64,000 nucleotides of DNA, from contig JBBRLQ010000002.1 of the NCBI GenBank assembly GCA_038231275.1, forward strand, positions 1-64,000. Direction: 5' to 3'. A model generated the notes under the pieces. It had not been told where the DNA came from. It was given only the letters and a program-made list of their open reading frames with translations, and ran no database searches. Shown one piece after another: positions 1 through 9,349 of the stretch. The position numbers and the translations under genes were made by a program. Within the stretch, counting starts at the first letter, position 1. Each line of letters opens with the position of its first letter. Source of the stretch: Polyangiales bacterium (GTDB lineage: Bacteria > Myxococcota_A > Polyangia > Polyangiales > Polyangiaceae).

Positions 1-1945
1 CGAACTCCCACGCGACGCCTGGTGTCGTGGTGATGAACGAGGTCGACCCGTCCGGATTCCTTCGCGACGCGACCTCGCTCTTCCACTCCCCAAAATCGAA
101 CACGGTTGCCGCGCCCATCTGGATCACGGTCAGCTCCCCGAGGGTGTCGCTCACGTAGCGTTTGGCCAGCTTGGCTACCTCCGTCGCGTCAGCCGGCGAG
201 ACGAGTTGCTTCCGGTCCGCGGCGAGGCCGTCGTATAGCTTCTGCGCGTGCGCGGCGACGTCGGCGTCCGCCTCGGGCTTGCCGTCGAAAAGCACCTCGA
301 GAAGCTTTCGCGAGAAGACAGCGCGGAGGTCCTCGCCGCTGTCCGAATTCGTCAGAACGACGGCCCCGACGCCATGCTCAGGGAGCCACATCATGGCGCT
401 CTGGAAGCCTATTTGCCCCCCGTTGTGCCAGATCAGCGGTGTTCCGTACGTGGTCTCGACAATGAGCCCCATTCCGTAGGAGTGGTCCCCGTCGATCACG
501 ACCTGGGGGGCGCGGCGCGCGAGCAGTGCATCTCTGGCGATGTAGCGCTTGCCGCCTGGCAACACCCCCTCGGCGAGCTCGCCGGCGACGAATGCCAGGA
601 CGTCACGCACGCTGCTCCAGGCGCCGCCCGACGGCCGCATGGGAACCTGGGCGGGGTTGTAGCCCGCGATCGCCTTCCTTGGCGTGCCGTCGATGTCCGG
701 TGCATGCGGCGATGCGTGGTTGCCCTTCTGCGCCTTTACGACGTCGAACGTCGTCTCCTTCATGCCGAGCGGCTCGAAGACGCGCGTCCGCATCGCTTCG
801 TCGTAGGCGGCTCCGAGCTCGAGGTTAGGGTACAGCGCGTGGCCCCCCACGAAGCCCCCCGCGGCCGCGAGAAGGTTCGAGTACTGGAACAGCTCGCCGA
901 ACTTGCTCGTCGGCTGCATCGTGCCGACCATCGCCACGACCCCCGTCGGCGTCAGGCCCTCGAACTGGAGCTTCCATTCCAGGTCTTGGCGCGGCACACC
1001 GGTACATGCACAGACGAGGTGTCGCACGTGCATCTGCCGAGTGGTTTCGGCGTCACCCAGCTTGAATGTCGGCAGCACGCTCGTCACGGGCGTGTCCCAC
1101 GTGAGCTTCTTCTCGTCTACCGCCTTGGCGAGCATCAACGTCGTCATCGCTTTGGTGTTGGAGGCGATCATGAAGAGCGTGTCCGCGTCGGGCTTCTCCT
1201 TCCTGCCAAGCTCGCGCACCCCGAACCCATCGGCGAACACCACCTTGCCATCCTGCACCACCCCAACGGCGACGCCTGGTACGCGGAGCTCCTTCATCGC
1301 GGTCTCCACCCACGCGCTGAGCCGCGCGATGCGTGCCGCGTCGAGTCGGTTCGCCCTCTTGCCCGCGAACGATTCGCGTACATAGCCCTTCGGGAGCAGG
1401 CGGCCGAAGATCGCCAACACCGCGCCGAGACGCTTCTCGCCAACGGCCTGGCTCATGTCGTAGATGGCAACAGTCCACGTGTCGCCGGCACGGCGCGCGC
1501 GGGCGGCGACCTCGCGATTCTCGTGCGGCGACGTTTGGTACTCGTAGACACGAATGTCGGTCCACCCGTCCTTGTCCGGGGCCGGGGCCGTCACCTTGAG
1601 CGGCCACCTCGCGTCGGGCCGGTACGCCGCCCACGCCGCGGCGACGGCCGCGTCTGCGTCTCCCGCGCGGACGTCCACGAGGGCGATATGTGAATCGGCT
1701 TCAGGCGGCTCGAGCACAGTCGCCCGGCCGCGCACCACGACGGTCCAGCCGGCCGGGGCGATGAACGTCGCGCCCTCCACCGTGCTCATCGGCGTGTCCG
1801 CGGCGAGCCGCGGGGGGGCCAGGGCCGTGTTCGGTGTCTCGACCGAGGCCGAGGAGGGTGGCCCTCCCGCCGGCGCTGCAATCCGCTGAACCGCCGGTGT
1901 CGCACAAGCGCTGAGAGCGACGATGAAGCCGAGGGCGATGCGCAT
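1..1945 (-). CDS. Serine hydrolase, beta-lactamase/AmpC-like family, probable lipoprotein; 3' end runs off the window
   Basis: Absent from the ORF track because there is no stop in the window. Manual translation from ATG 1945 gives MRIALGFIVALSAC (lipobox-like), then VPGVAVGVVQDGKVVFADGFG, FMIASNTK (SxxK), FQYSN (YxN) and IWHNGG. Confidence 0.9.
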   Translation of the reverse strand, partial: MRIALGFIVALSACATPAVQRIAAPAGGPPSSASVETPNTALAPPRLAADTPMSTVEGATFIAPAGWTVVVRGRATVLEPPEADSHIALVDVRAGDADAAVAAAWAAYRPDARWPLKVTAPAPDKDGWTDIRVYEYQTSPHENREVAARARRAGDTWTVAIYDMSQAVGEKRLGAVLAIFGRLLPKGYVRESFAGKRANRLDAARIARLSAWVETAMKELRVPGVAVGVVQDGKVVFADGFGVRELGRKEKPDADTLFMIASNTKAMTTLMLAKAVDEKKLTWDTPVTSVLPTFKLGDAETTRQMHVRHLVCACTGVPRQDLEWKLQFEGLTPTGVVAMVGTMQPTSKFGELFQYSNLLAAAGGFVGGHALYPNLELGAAYDEAMRTRVFEPLGMKETTFDVVKAQKGNHASPHAPDIDGTPRKAIAGYNPAQVPMRPSGGAWSSVRDVLAFVAGELAEGVLPGGKRYIARDALLARRAPQVVIDGDHSYGMGLIVETTYGTPLIWHNGGQIGFQSAMMWLPEHGVGAVVLTNSDSGEDLRAVFSRKLLEVLFDGKPEADADVAAHAQKLYDGLAADRKQLVSPADATEVAKLAKRYVSDTLGELTVIQMGAATVFDFGEWKSEVASRRNPDGSTSFITTTPGVAWEF

Positions 1946-2063
1946 GTTAGGGACAGTCTGCGGCCAGAGCACGCCGATGTCAGCGGTCATCGCGCCCGGG
2001 CGCGCCTTCCGCGCGGACGGTGCAGCGACCGATGGATTGACCGCACCTCGCGACCGAGGAAGG

Positions 2064-2264
2064 ATGAGGCGCATGACGAACAAGCGCGCCCTCATCCGAA
2101 CTGGGCCCGACGCTCCGGCGCCGCTCGAGCAGCTCCTCGAGACCGCGCGCGGGTACGCGGCGGACTCGCGTGCGAGCTCGACGCGGAAGGCGTACCTCAC
2201 TCAAATTGGTCCGCATTCCGCCCGCATAGCCCGCATCGAAACGCGCGGTCTGGGCGTTACGTAA
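2064..2264 (+). pseudogene. N-terminal remnant of a Cre-like tyrosine recombinase (SAM-like domain start)
   Basis: LLETARGYAADSRASSTRKAYL resembles integrase N-termini (ARxYAxxSRAxxTRRAY). Similarity ends near 2200 and no catalytic domain follows. RBS GAGGAAGG upstream. Confidence 0.6.
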
Positions 2265-2333
2265 ACCTGCCCCGGTCTCGCGCCGAGATGCCTACGAGTT
2301 CCTTTTTCCAAATTTCGAGGCATCGAATGGCGG

Positions 2334-2561
2334 TCACGTCCACCGCGGCTCGGGGAGGTCCGGACGAAGGAGCCCGGGGAGTGCCATCATAGCGGTTTCG
2401 AATAGGCGCCCCTGCCCTCCTTCCGGGTCGTCCTCTGGCAAGCACGACCGCCAGAGGCTGAGATCGATCTCCGGAAACACGCAGGTCATCGGATACTCCC
2501 AGTGTGTTGTATCGACTTTGGCAAAGCGCCCAACGTGGGCTAGCGCGGCGTCCGCAGGCAC
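2334..2561 (-). pseudogene. Fragment resembling the C-terminus of a toxin-immunity protein
   Basis: WEYPMTCVFPEIDLSLWRSCLPEDDPEG...FET pattern; no convincing start; lies among other fragments. Confidence 0.3.
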
Positions 2562-2563
2562 GG

Positions 2564-2815
2564 TCAGCAGGTCGATTCCCTCGAAGAACGCTTCCCGTCA
2601 TCTCGTACTTCCACCTGGTCACCCACTTGGTTTTCGCCTCGGAGGAACGCATCGAGCTTGTCTCGGCGCCACATATAGCACCCAGTCCCGCCGCGTCGTC
2701 CCTCGGGTTCGATTTTTCCAGCGCGCCGCGCAGAGTGCAAACCGTGAGTGCTCTCGAATCGGCAATACGCTGCGGCTTCGGCGGTCGTCAGGAGGTCGGA
2801 GTCGGGCTTCGGCAT
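2564..2815 (-). CDS. Excisionase-like helix-turn-helix protein (HTH_17-like)
   Basis: MPKPDSDLLTTAEAAAYCRF...GRRGGTGCYMWRRDKLDAFL: LLTxxEAAxY start and RxxLDAFL end typical of Xis-like proteins. Confidence 0.75.
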   Translation of the reverse strand: MPKPDSDLLTTAEAAAYCRFESTHGLHSARRAGKIEPEGRRGGTGCYMWRRDKLDAFLRGENQVGDQVEVRDDGKRSSRESTC

Positions 2816-2952
2816 GGGGTGCGGAGCCGGGGAAATTCCCGACGAGACCCGCATTTCCCCATCGGCACCTCGATAGCCGAGTTGCTCGATGTCCCGTCAC
2901 CCAAACGAAGGACGCAGGTACCTGCGTACATGCATAGGGTAATGGCTGACGA

Positions 2953-3507
2953 CTACGATTGCCTCAGTCGCTCACGTCGGAGAGATCGGCCGTCCTCGAC
3001 GTGCACGTTGGCCGTCGCTGGCGCGCCGCTCCCCGACGGTCCGGGTCGCGCTTGCCCCGACGAGAAGCGCTCGAGTAGCTCGGCGGCGCGCAGGAGGCGG
3101 ACGCGAAGCTCTGTGTTGGGTATGCCGCCCGCGAGGAGGACAACGACGAGCAGATCCCAGTGTCCGACAGGGGCCGCGAGGACGTGCATGCCATCCGCGC
3201 ATGCACCGACGCAGATCGTGTCGGGCGCCGAGCCTTGGCTTGGCGAATGTGCGGGGGCTCGACCCAGGTGGGGCGACGGTTCTGCGAGAGAATGCGCACG
3301 CCACGCGGCGGCGATTCCTTCGACCGCGGCGTGGAGCGCAGGGTGCTCTCGCGACGCGAGCTTGATATGCCCTGCGCGCGAAGCGAGCACGCCGACACCG
3401 CTGATGCCCACGTACTCGACGACGCGCCGCGCGCGCTCACGAGCTCGGTCATCCTCGAAGTCGTCCCTCACGCCGTGATCGTGCCACGCCCCGGGGATTG
3501 TGCACAT
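2953..3507 (-). CDS. Hypothetical protein
   Basis: 184-aa ORF with plausible composition, directly downstream of 3517-3711; start uncertain. Confidence 0.5.
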   Translation of the reverse strand: MCTIPGAWHDHGVRDDFEDDRARERARRVVEYVGISGVGVLASRAGHIKLASREHPALHAAVEGIAAAWRAHSLAEPSPHLGRAPAHSPSQGSAPDTICVGACADGMHVLAAPVGHWDLLVVVLLAGGIPNTELRVRLLRAAELLERFSSGQARPGPSGSGAPATANVHVEDGRSLRRERLRQS

Positions 3508-3516
3508 CAGGCGCGC

Positions 3517-3711
3517 TTAGTGGACGATCGCCATGCGGAGCTCGTAGCCGGCGTCGCCCGTGACCGACAACAAGGGAGCGGGGCACTCGCAGCGGCAGAC
3601 GTGCTCGGTGCCACCGTAGATGACCTCGACCGGTGGCGGGGTCGATGCACATGCGGCGGCGAGCGCAGCGAGAAGTGCGACGGCGATCGTTCGAGAGAGG
3701 AGCAGCTTCAT
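3517..3711 (-). CDS. Small putative lipoprotein
   Basis: MKLLLSRTIAVALLAALAAAC signal peptide/lipobox; CxCxC in the mature part. Confidence 0.55.
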   Translation of the reverse strand: MKLLLSRTIAVALLAALAAACASTPPPVEVIYGGTEHVCRCECPAPLLSVTGDAGYELRMAIVH

Positions 3712-3850
3712 GCCGCCCTATCGGCACGAGGTGACCGGAAGTTGTGTCGGGCGTCGCGAATTTCCGAATGGCGTCGAAGTGACTTCGCCGCGGGGAGGCG
3801 TCAGTTGTTCGCCCTCGCGCGTGATCGATCTCAGATTCGGAAATTAGAGC

Positions 3851-5413
3851 TCATAGCGTGGCGACGTCCCGTATGTCGGCCTTCACGCCGGGCTTGCCGG
3901 CTGATCCTGGTCCCGTCCCGGCAGGCCCTGGCACGCTAGTGGACACCGTGGAGCTTCCTAGAGATGGAGCAGTCCCTTGATACACGACCCCAATCGAGTG
4001 CCCGCCAGTACCGCCGCCACCGACACCTCCGGCACCTCCCATTCCTCCAGCAGCGCCATTGCACCCGTTTCCTGAACCGCCTCCGCGAATGCCGCCCGCC
4101 GCTCCGCTCGCACCGCTTGCGCCGCTGCCACCGAGTCCTCCAGTGCTTGTCGTGATCGCGCAGTTTGAAAGCTGCACAGGGGAGGCGAGAGTGGCAAGTG
4201 CGATACTCGAACCGCCCGCCGTGCCGAAACCGCCGCCTCCACCGCCGCATCCACCGCACGCGCCACCACCGCCACCGCCCGTAGCCTGTCCGCCACCACC
4301 TCCGCCGCCTTGGCCTGGAAGTCCATTGCTGCCCACCGTCCCGTCTCCACCGTGGAAGCCCGTGGCGTCGAGCGTGCCTCCGCCTGCGCCAGGGCCGTTC
4401 CCCGCCGCGGGCAGACCAGAGCCGGGACGCGCGCTGTTCGTGCCCGCGAGGCAATCCGCGGCCGTCTGTCCCGCCCCCGTCGCTGTAGACGGCATCGGCG
4501 TTCCTTGCACGACCTTGCCAGTGTCCCCGTCGCCAGGCACCGCTCCACCGATCCCACCCTTCCCACCGGTGCTCGTGCCCCCAGTCGTGCAGGCACAAGT
4601 CTTCTCACCGCCGGCATTGTTGCCGCTCGCGGGATTGCCATTGAGGTCCCCCGAAACCGGCGACCCGGTGGTTCCCGCGGCGCCATTCGCACCCGCATAA
4701 CCTGCCCCAGCAACTAGCGCGACGCGCGAAAGGGTCACGGACGGGGAGGCCTTCACGAATGCGGCGATGCTATCGCGCGAAACAATGGTGCCGGGCTTTG
4801 CATCGAATTCCAAATCCTCGACGGTTACCGCGCCCGCCACATTGGCCACCTGCAGCGCGACACCCAACGCCGTCGGCGCCACTTTCCCCTTCGTGCCGGA
4901 GTAGCTCCAGTCCGCGCAAGACCAACCGCCGTAGATCGAGGTGGCATTGGTCAGCGTAATCGCTTCCGCGTAGGTGCCGGCGCATACGTAGATGCGCTTC
5001 TGCGACGCGCTTGCTGCTGCGGTGACTGCCGCGCCGATAGAGTTGAACGGGTTTGCCTTCGTGCCGGTGCCGCCAGCCGGCTTGCTGGCGTCGACGAAGA
5101 GGCCGTAAACATCAGACACGCAGGGAGTCGAGTCCTTCGGGTCCTTCGCGGGCTCGCATCCCGGCGGCGCGTTGTCGGGCAACGCATCCGCGGGTCCGTC
5201 GTCGGTGCTGCCGTCGCTCCCGCCGTCGTCCGTCACGGGGGAGTCGGGCTTCCCCGGGCCGTCCGTCGTCGTGACGTCCGGGCTCCCATCCAGCGGCGCG
5301 TCACATGCGCCGTTGTCGCAGAGCTTCACGTCGGAACCACAGCCTTCGACGAGAATCGCCGAGTACCCCACCGCGCCGAGCGCGAGCAACGAGACGAACG
5401 AGATCGGTTTCAT
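3851..5413 (-). CDS. Gly-rich (PGRS-like) myxobacterial surface lipoprotein
   Basis: RBS GGAGGA before ATG 5413; signal peptide ending VEGC; GTKANPFNSIGAAV...RIYVCAGTYAE beta-helix start; long GGxGG tracts. Confidence 0.85.
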   Translation of the reverse strand: MKPISFVSLLALGAVGYSAILVEGCGSDVKLCDNGACDAPLDGSPDVTTTDGPGKPDSPVTDDGGSDGSTDDGPADALPDNAPPGCEPAKDPKDSTPCVSDVYGLFVDASKPAGGTGTKANPFNSIGAAVTAAASASQKRIYVCAGTYAEAITLTNATSIYGGWSCADWSYSGTKGKVAPTALGVALQVANVAGAVTVEDLEFDAKPGTIVSRDSIAAFVKASPSVTLSRVALVAGAGYAGANGAAGTTGSPVSGDLNGNPASGNNAGGEKTCACTTGGTSTGGKGGIGGAVPGDGDTGKVVQGTPMPSTATGAGQTAADCLAGTNSARPGSGLPAAGNGPGAGGGTLDATGFHGGDGTVGSNGLPGQGGGGGGGQATGGGGGGACGGCGGGGGGFGTAGGSSIALATLASPVQLSNCAITTSTGGLGGSGASGASGAAGGIRGGGSGNGCNGAAGGMGGAGGVGGGGTGGHSIGVVYQGTAPSLGSSTVSTSVPGPAGTGPGSAGKPGVKADIRDVATL

Positions 5414-5428
5414 AAGTTCCTCCATCCC

Positions 5429-6394
5429 CTAAAGTCGAAGAGTCCAGCTTGCGCCCGCGCCTTGCGGGCCGAACCACGGCGTGATGGCGCCGACGCGCGA
5501 CGTCGTCTCGGTGCGCGGCCAAACGAGCCACGTGACGACAGCGCCCGCCAGCGCCACGCCGCCGATGCCGAACGAGACCGCCGAGAGCGTCTTGCTCGTG
5601 CTGCGGCCGTCGATCGTGCTTTGTCGCGCCTGGCACGCTGCGCTGCTCGCGTTCGCGCAGACACCGGCGGGCTGCGAATTGAGATCGCTCGACTTGCTCG
5701 ACGCGTCGAGCGCGAAGCCGGTTCCCACGCCGATGCCTACGATACCCACGGCTCCAAGGATGATGGCAGACGTGGGCGGAGGCCAGTACGTCGGGGTGGT
5801 TGTCGGAGCGCCGAAGCCGCTGGGAGGAAGGGCCACCGCGTCGTCCGTGCGAAATTTCACGGAGGTTGTCGCGCCGACGGCGGCGTCGATTTCGAGCCGC
5901 TCGATTTCCTCGCCGACGCGCGACTCCAGCACGTGCTTGCCGGGCGTGACCGCGACGGGCTCGTCGAGCGCGTCGTCCACGGGCTTGCCATCGATCGAGA
6001 TCTTCGCGGCCTTCCGCGCGTCGATTTTCACTTGCGCGACGCTCCGTGTGACCTCCGCGAGCCACCCGCGTGCCTTCGTACGCATGTCCGCCGTGACCTT
6101 CGGATGCTCGGGCTCGCGCAAGAAGCGACGATAGTGCGACGCGGCCTCGACGTTCTTCCCAGAGAGCTGCTCGCTGCGCGCGAGGTTGAAGAGGATCGCC
6201 GGGCTCGGAAACATCGAGTACGCCTGCGTGAACTTCAGGCGCGCCTGCTCGTCGTTCCCTTTGTCGTGTAGCGCGAGGCCTTCCGTGAAACGTGCTTCAG
6301 CCTCTTTGCGCGCGCCGTCGTCTTGCGCAAACGCAGGGAGCGCGAACGCGAGGGCGCCCACGAGCGGGAGAGTTCGAAGAAGGAGCAAGCGCAT
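5429..6394 (-). CDS. TPR + PEGA domain exported/membrane protein
   Basis: Signal peptide (AFA-Q), TPR-like AEARFTEGLAL...ILFNLARSEQ, PEGA-like ISIDGK...VTPGKHVLE, hydrophobic C-terminal segments. Confidence 0.85.
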   Translation of the reverse strand: MRLLLLRTLPLVGALAFALPAFAQDDGARKEAEARFTEGLALHDKGNDEQARLKFTQAYSMFPSPAILFNLARSEQLSGKNVEAASHYRRFLREPEHPKVTADMRTKARGWLAEVTRSVAQVKIDARKAAKISIDGKPVDDALDEPVAVTPGKHVLESRVGEEIERLEIDAAVGATTSVKFRTDDAVALPPSGFGAPTTTPTYWPPPTSAIILGAVGIVGIGVGTGFALDASSKSSDLNSQPAGVCANASSAACQARQSTIDGRSTSKTLSAVSFGIGGVALAGAVVTWLVWPRTETTSRVGAITPWFGPQGAGASWTLRL

Positions 6395-6400
6395 GGGATC

Positions 6401-7183
6401 CTAAAAAGTGCGGGAGACGTCGTCTTTGGGTTTGGCGGTCGACGCGGGCGCGGGTGCGGGCGCGGGGACCGTCGGAGAAGGCGCGGGGACGGGAGACGAC
6501 GGAGGCGCCGCCGTGACCGGCGGGGTCACGACGGTCGTAGGACGAGCGGGCGGTGTCACGATAGGCCGAACGACGGGAGGCGGCGCGGATGCCGTCGTCG
6601 TCGAACTTGGCACCGCCATCGCCGTGGCCGGTGTGGGCGACGCAAACGATGTGGGCGGCGCCGTGGCGATCGCCGGCGCGCTCATCACCGACGCGGCGAC
6701 CGTGGGCGCGGTGATCATTGCGGCGGTCCCGGCGGTCGGCGTTTGCGCGGCCGGCGTCACCGACTCGATCGTCCGCCATCGCACGACGAGACCGAACGCG
6801 AAAAGCCCGACGAGGACCACCGCGGCGGCGACCACCTTGCCGCGACGCTGGCGGGTCCGTCGCTCGGGAATCGGAAACGTGAGGTTGTCTTCATAGGATC
6901 GCGACGGACCTTCCGTCGGCGGCGGCTCGGCCTCGACGATGCGCGGCAGCACGGTGAGCGGCTGCGTGATGTTCAGCACCACCGGCGGATCCTGATTCGG
7001 AGGAAGCGTGTCGACGAGATGCTTCGGCGCGCGCGGCCCATGCGTGTAGGCGGCCTCCGCCGCGCCGCTCGACTCAGGCAATGCCTGAGGCTTCACGCGG
7101 TAGCCCGCGACGAGCTCGTCGAAGAGCTCCTCTTCGGAGCCCTCGAGCGGCACTCCCGGCTTTTCCGGCTCGTCGGCGCTCAT
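6401..7183 (-). CDS. Single-pass membrane protein with Pro/Thr/Ala-rich extracytoplasmic tail
   Basis: TM segment VVAAAVVLVGLFAFGLVV after a basic patch; P/T/A-rich linker; ends KPKDDVSRTF, 6 bp before the TPR-PEGA gene. Confidence 0.75.
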   Translation of the reverse strand: MSADEPEKPGVPLEGSEEELFDELVAGYRVKPQALPESSGAAEAAYTHGPRAPKHLVDTLPPNQDPPVVLNITQPLTVLPRIVEAEPPPTEGPSRSYEDNLTFPIPERRTRQRRGKVVAAAVVLVGLFAFGLVVRWRTIESVTPAAQTPTAGTAAMITAPTVAASVMSAPAIATAPPTSFASPTPATAMAVPSSTTTASAPPPVVRPIVTPPARPTTVVTPPVTAAPPSSPVPAPSPTVPAPAPAPASTAKPKDDVSRTF

Positions 7184-7343
7184 GGCTAGCACTTCGTCCT
7201 ACCTCTTTCTCGCGGGACGGTCCAAGGTCTCAGCCCCCCATCGACACGGCACGGCATTTGTTTCTCGATAAATGCGCGGGACGAAAAATACTTCGCAACA
7301 ACCGCCCGGTCGTGCCGACGGGAGATAGAGTAAGGGGACGTCC

Positions 7344-9257
7344 ATGTCGGGGTCGGACGAGCAATACACGTATGCGCCGGGCGACCTGTTGCCAGGGACG
7401 CCCTACAAGGTCCAGCGCGCGCTCGGCGCGGGTGGAATGGGCGTCGTATACGCGGTGCAGCACACGTTCCTGAAACGGAACGAGGCGCTCAAGACGATTC
7501 ACCCGGAGCTCATCGACCGGCGCGACATCGCGCAGCGAATGGCGCGCGAGGCGTCGGTCGTCGGAAACCTGCGGCACCCGAACATCGTGCAGGTGACGGG
7601 CGGCGGCATCATCGACGACAAGTGGAAGCTTCCCTACTTCGCGATGGAGATGCTGCGCGGGAAGAATCTGCGGCAGGTCCTCTCGAAGCGAACGCTCGCC
7701 GACTTCACGAGCGTCTACAACATCGCGTACGAGGTGCTGTCTGCGCTGGCGGAGGCGCACGCGCATAGCGTCGTGCATCGCGATGTGAAGCCGGAGAACA
7801 TCTTCCTGCACTTCGACTCGACGCGCTCGGCGGGGCCGCAGGTGACGGCGAAGCTGCTCGACTTCGGCGTCATGGCGGTCCTCGGCGGCAAGCAGTCGAT
7901 GAGCTTTCGCGGAACGTACAAGTACGCCGCGCCCGAGCAGCTCCGCGGCGACAAGGTCAGCCCCCAGACGGACATCTACGCGATGGCGCTCGTCGTCTAC
8001 GAAATGATCGCCGGCCGCGGTCCGTTCGACGACATGCGCGACGTGAAGTCGCTCGTGAAGGCGCACCTCGAGTCCGAAGCGCCGCGCATCTCGCAGTTCG
8101 CGCGCGTGCACCCGTCGATCGACGAGCTCCTCGCGCGCGCGCTCGCGAAGGATCCGAAGACGCGGCCCCAGACGGCGATGGGGTTCGCCATGGACCTGCG
8201 ACCGCTGAAGCGTGCTCCGGATGCGCCGGCAGTGTTTGCAGCGAACACCGAGGAGTCGCTCCTCACGACGGTGACCGGCGCAGTGACCGACGGTGGAAAG
8301 GCGCTGCCCGATTCGGCGCGCAACGTGCCGACGGCGAAGGATCAAGCGATCGGCTTCGCAAAGACGAAGCGCGCGGAGGGCGAGGAGCCACGCGAAGAGG
8401 ACACCACACAAGAGGAGCCGATCCCGGCGTGGGCGCGAGGAGGCGGCACGGTCGAGGACGCGAGCGGACCGCTGTTGTCGTCCGAGCAGCCCCCGTCGCC
8501 GGTCGCGGCGCGAATTGGACTCGAGAGGACGGACGTCGACCGGCGAGCCGTCACGCGAACCGCGGACCCGATACCGCGCGGCGTTCCAACGCATGGAACG
8601 GAGCCGATCTCCGAGCCGAAGCTCGAGGCGCCGCCGGACAGCACGCGGCGGTACATGGAGCTCGAGGCGTTCTTGCTCGAGGAGACATCGGACGCGACCG
8701 CGGGTGTTCGCTCGACGCCATCGCGCCGTGACGCGACGCCGCCGCCCGTGTCACCGATGGTGGCGACGGGATCGCTCGTGTCTGGTGCAGCTCCGCGCGA
8801 TCATCTGCGCCGCCGTATCGGTATCGCCGTGGTCGCCGGGCTCGTGGTCGCCGGTGCCGCGCTCCTCTGGACGACGTCGACCCGCACTCCCTCGCGGCCG
8901 CTCCCGTCGGCGATGCCAGCGGCGGAGCAGCCGCTCGCGCCGGTCCGGCCGCCGGCCGTCCTCCCGATCGCGACTGCGAGTGCGACCGCGAGCACACTGC
9001 CAGCGACCGCTCCCAGCGCCCAGCCGATCGTCGTCGCCTCGCCACCCGCGACTACGCGGCCCGGGCGCACGAATCCCTCGTCGCGAGGTACACCGTTGTC
9101 GGCGTCGACCATGCCTGCGAAGCCCTCCCCTCCCCCGCCGGTCGCGACCGTCGCATCGGCCGAGCCACCGACGCCGCCCGTGGCATCCGCTCCCGCGCCT
9201 CCGCCCGCGCCGAAGGCAACGGGCGATTCGGAGTTGAAGCGTTCCGTGGTGCACTGA
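7344..9257 (+). CDS. Hanks-type Ser/Thr protein kinase with TM and Pro-rich C-terminus
   Basis: LGAGGMGVVY, EALK, HRDVKPEN, DFG, APE motifs; TM IGIAVVAGLVVAGAALLW. Confidence 0.95.
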   Translation: MSGSDEQYTYAPGDLLPGTPYKVQRALGAGGMGVVYAVQHTFLKRNEALKTIHPELIDRRDIAQRMAREASVVGNLRHPNIVQVTGGGIIDDKWKLPYFAMEMLRGKNLRQVLSKRTLADFTSVYNIAYEVLSALAEAHAHSVVHRDVKPENIFLHFDSTRSAGPQVTAKLLDFGVMAVLGGKQSMSFRGTYKYAAPEQLRGDKVSPQTDIYAMALVVYEMIAGRGPFDDMRDVKSLVKAHLESEAPRISQFARVHPSIDELLARALAKDPKTRPQTAMGFAMDLRPLKRAPDAPAVFAANTEESLLTTVTGAVTDGGKALPDSARNVPTAKDQAIGFAKTKRAEGEEPREEDTTQEEPIPAWARGGGTVEDASGPLLSSEQPPSPVAARIGLERTDVDRRAVTRTADPIPRGVPTHGTEPISEPKLEAPPDSTRRYMELEAFLLEETSDATAGVRSTPSRRDATPPPVSPMVATGSLVSGAAPRDHLRRRIGIAVVAGLVVAGAALLWTTSTRTPSRPLPSAMPAAEQPLAPVRPPAVLPIATASATASTLPATAPSAQPIVVASPPATTRPGRTNPSSRGTPLSASTMPAKPSPPPPVATVASAEPPTPPVASAPAPPPAPKATGDSELKRSVVH

Positions 9258-9349
9258 GGCCTGCGGAGGCCGCGGCACCACGCCGCGCGCGCACGAACAA
9301 AGTGCGCAACGTTCCGCGCGTCGTGCCGATGGGGACGTAGAGGCTGCGA

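Noticed and set aside
2880-2912. Possible fourth copy of the AGTTG..AATG motif upstream of xis
   Set aside because: Only the AGTTGCT box matches; the second box is absent at the right spacing.
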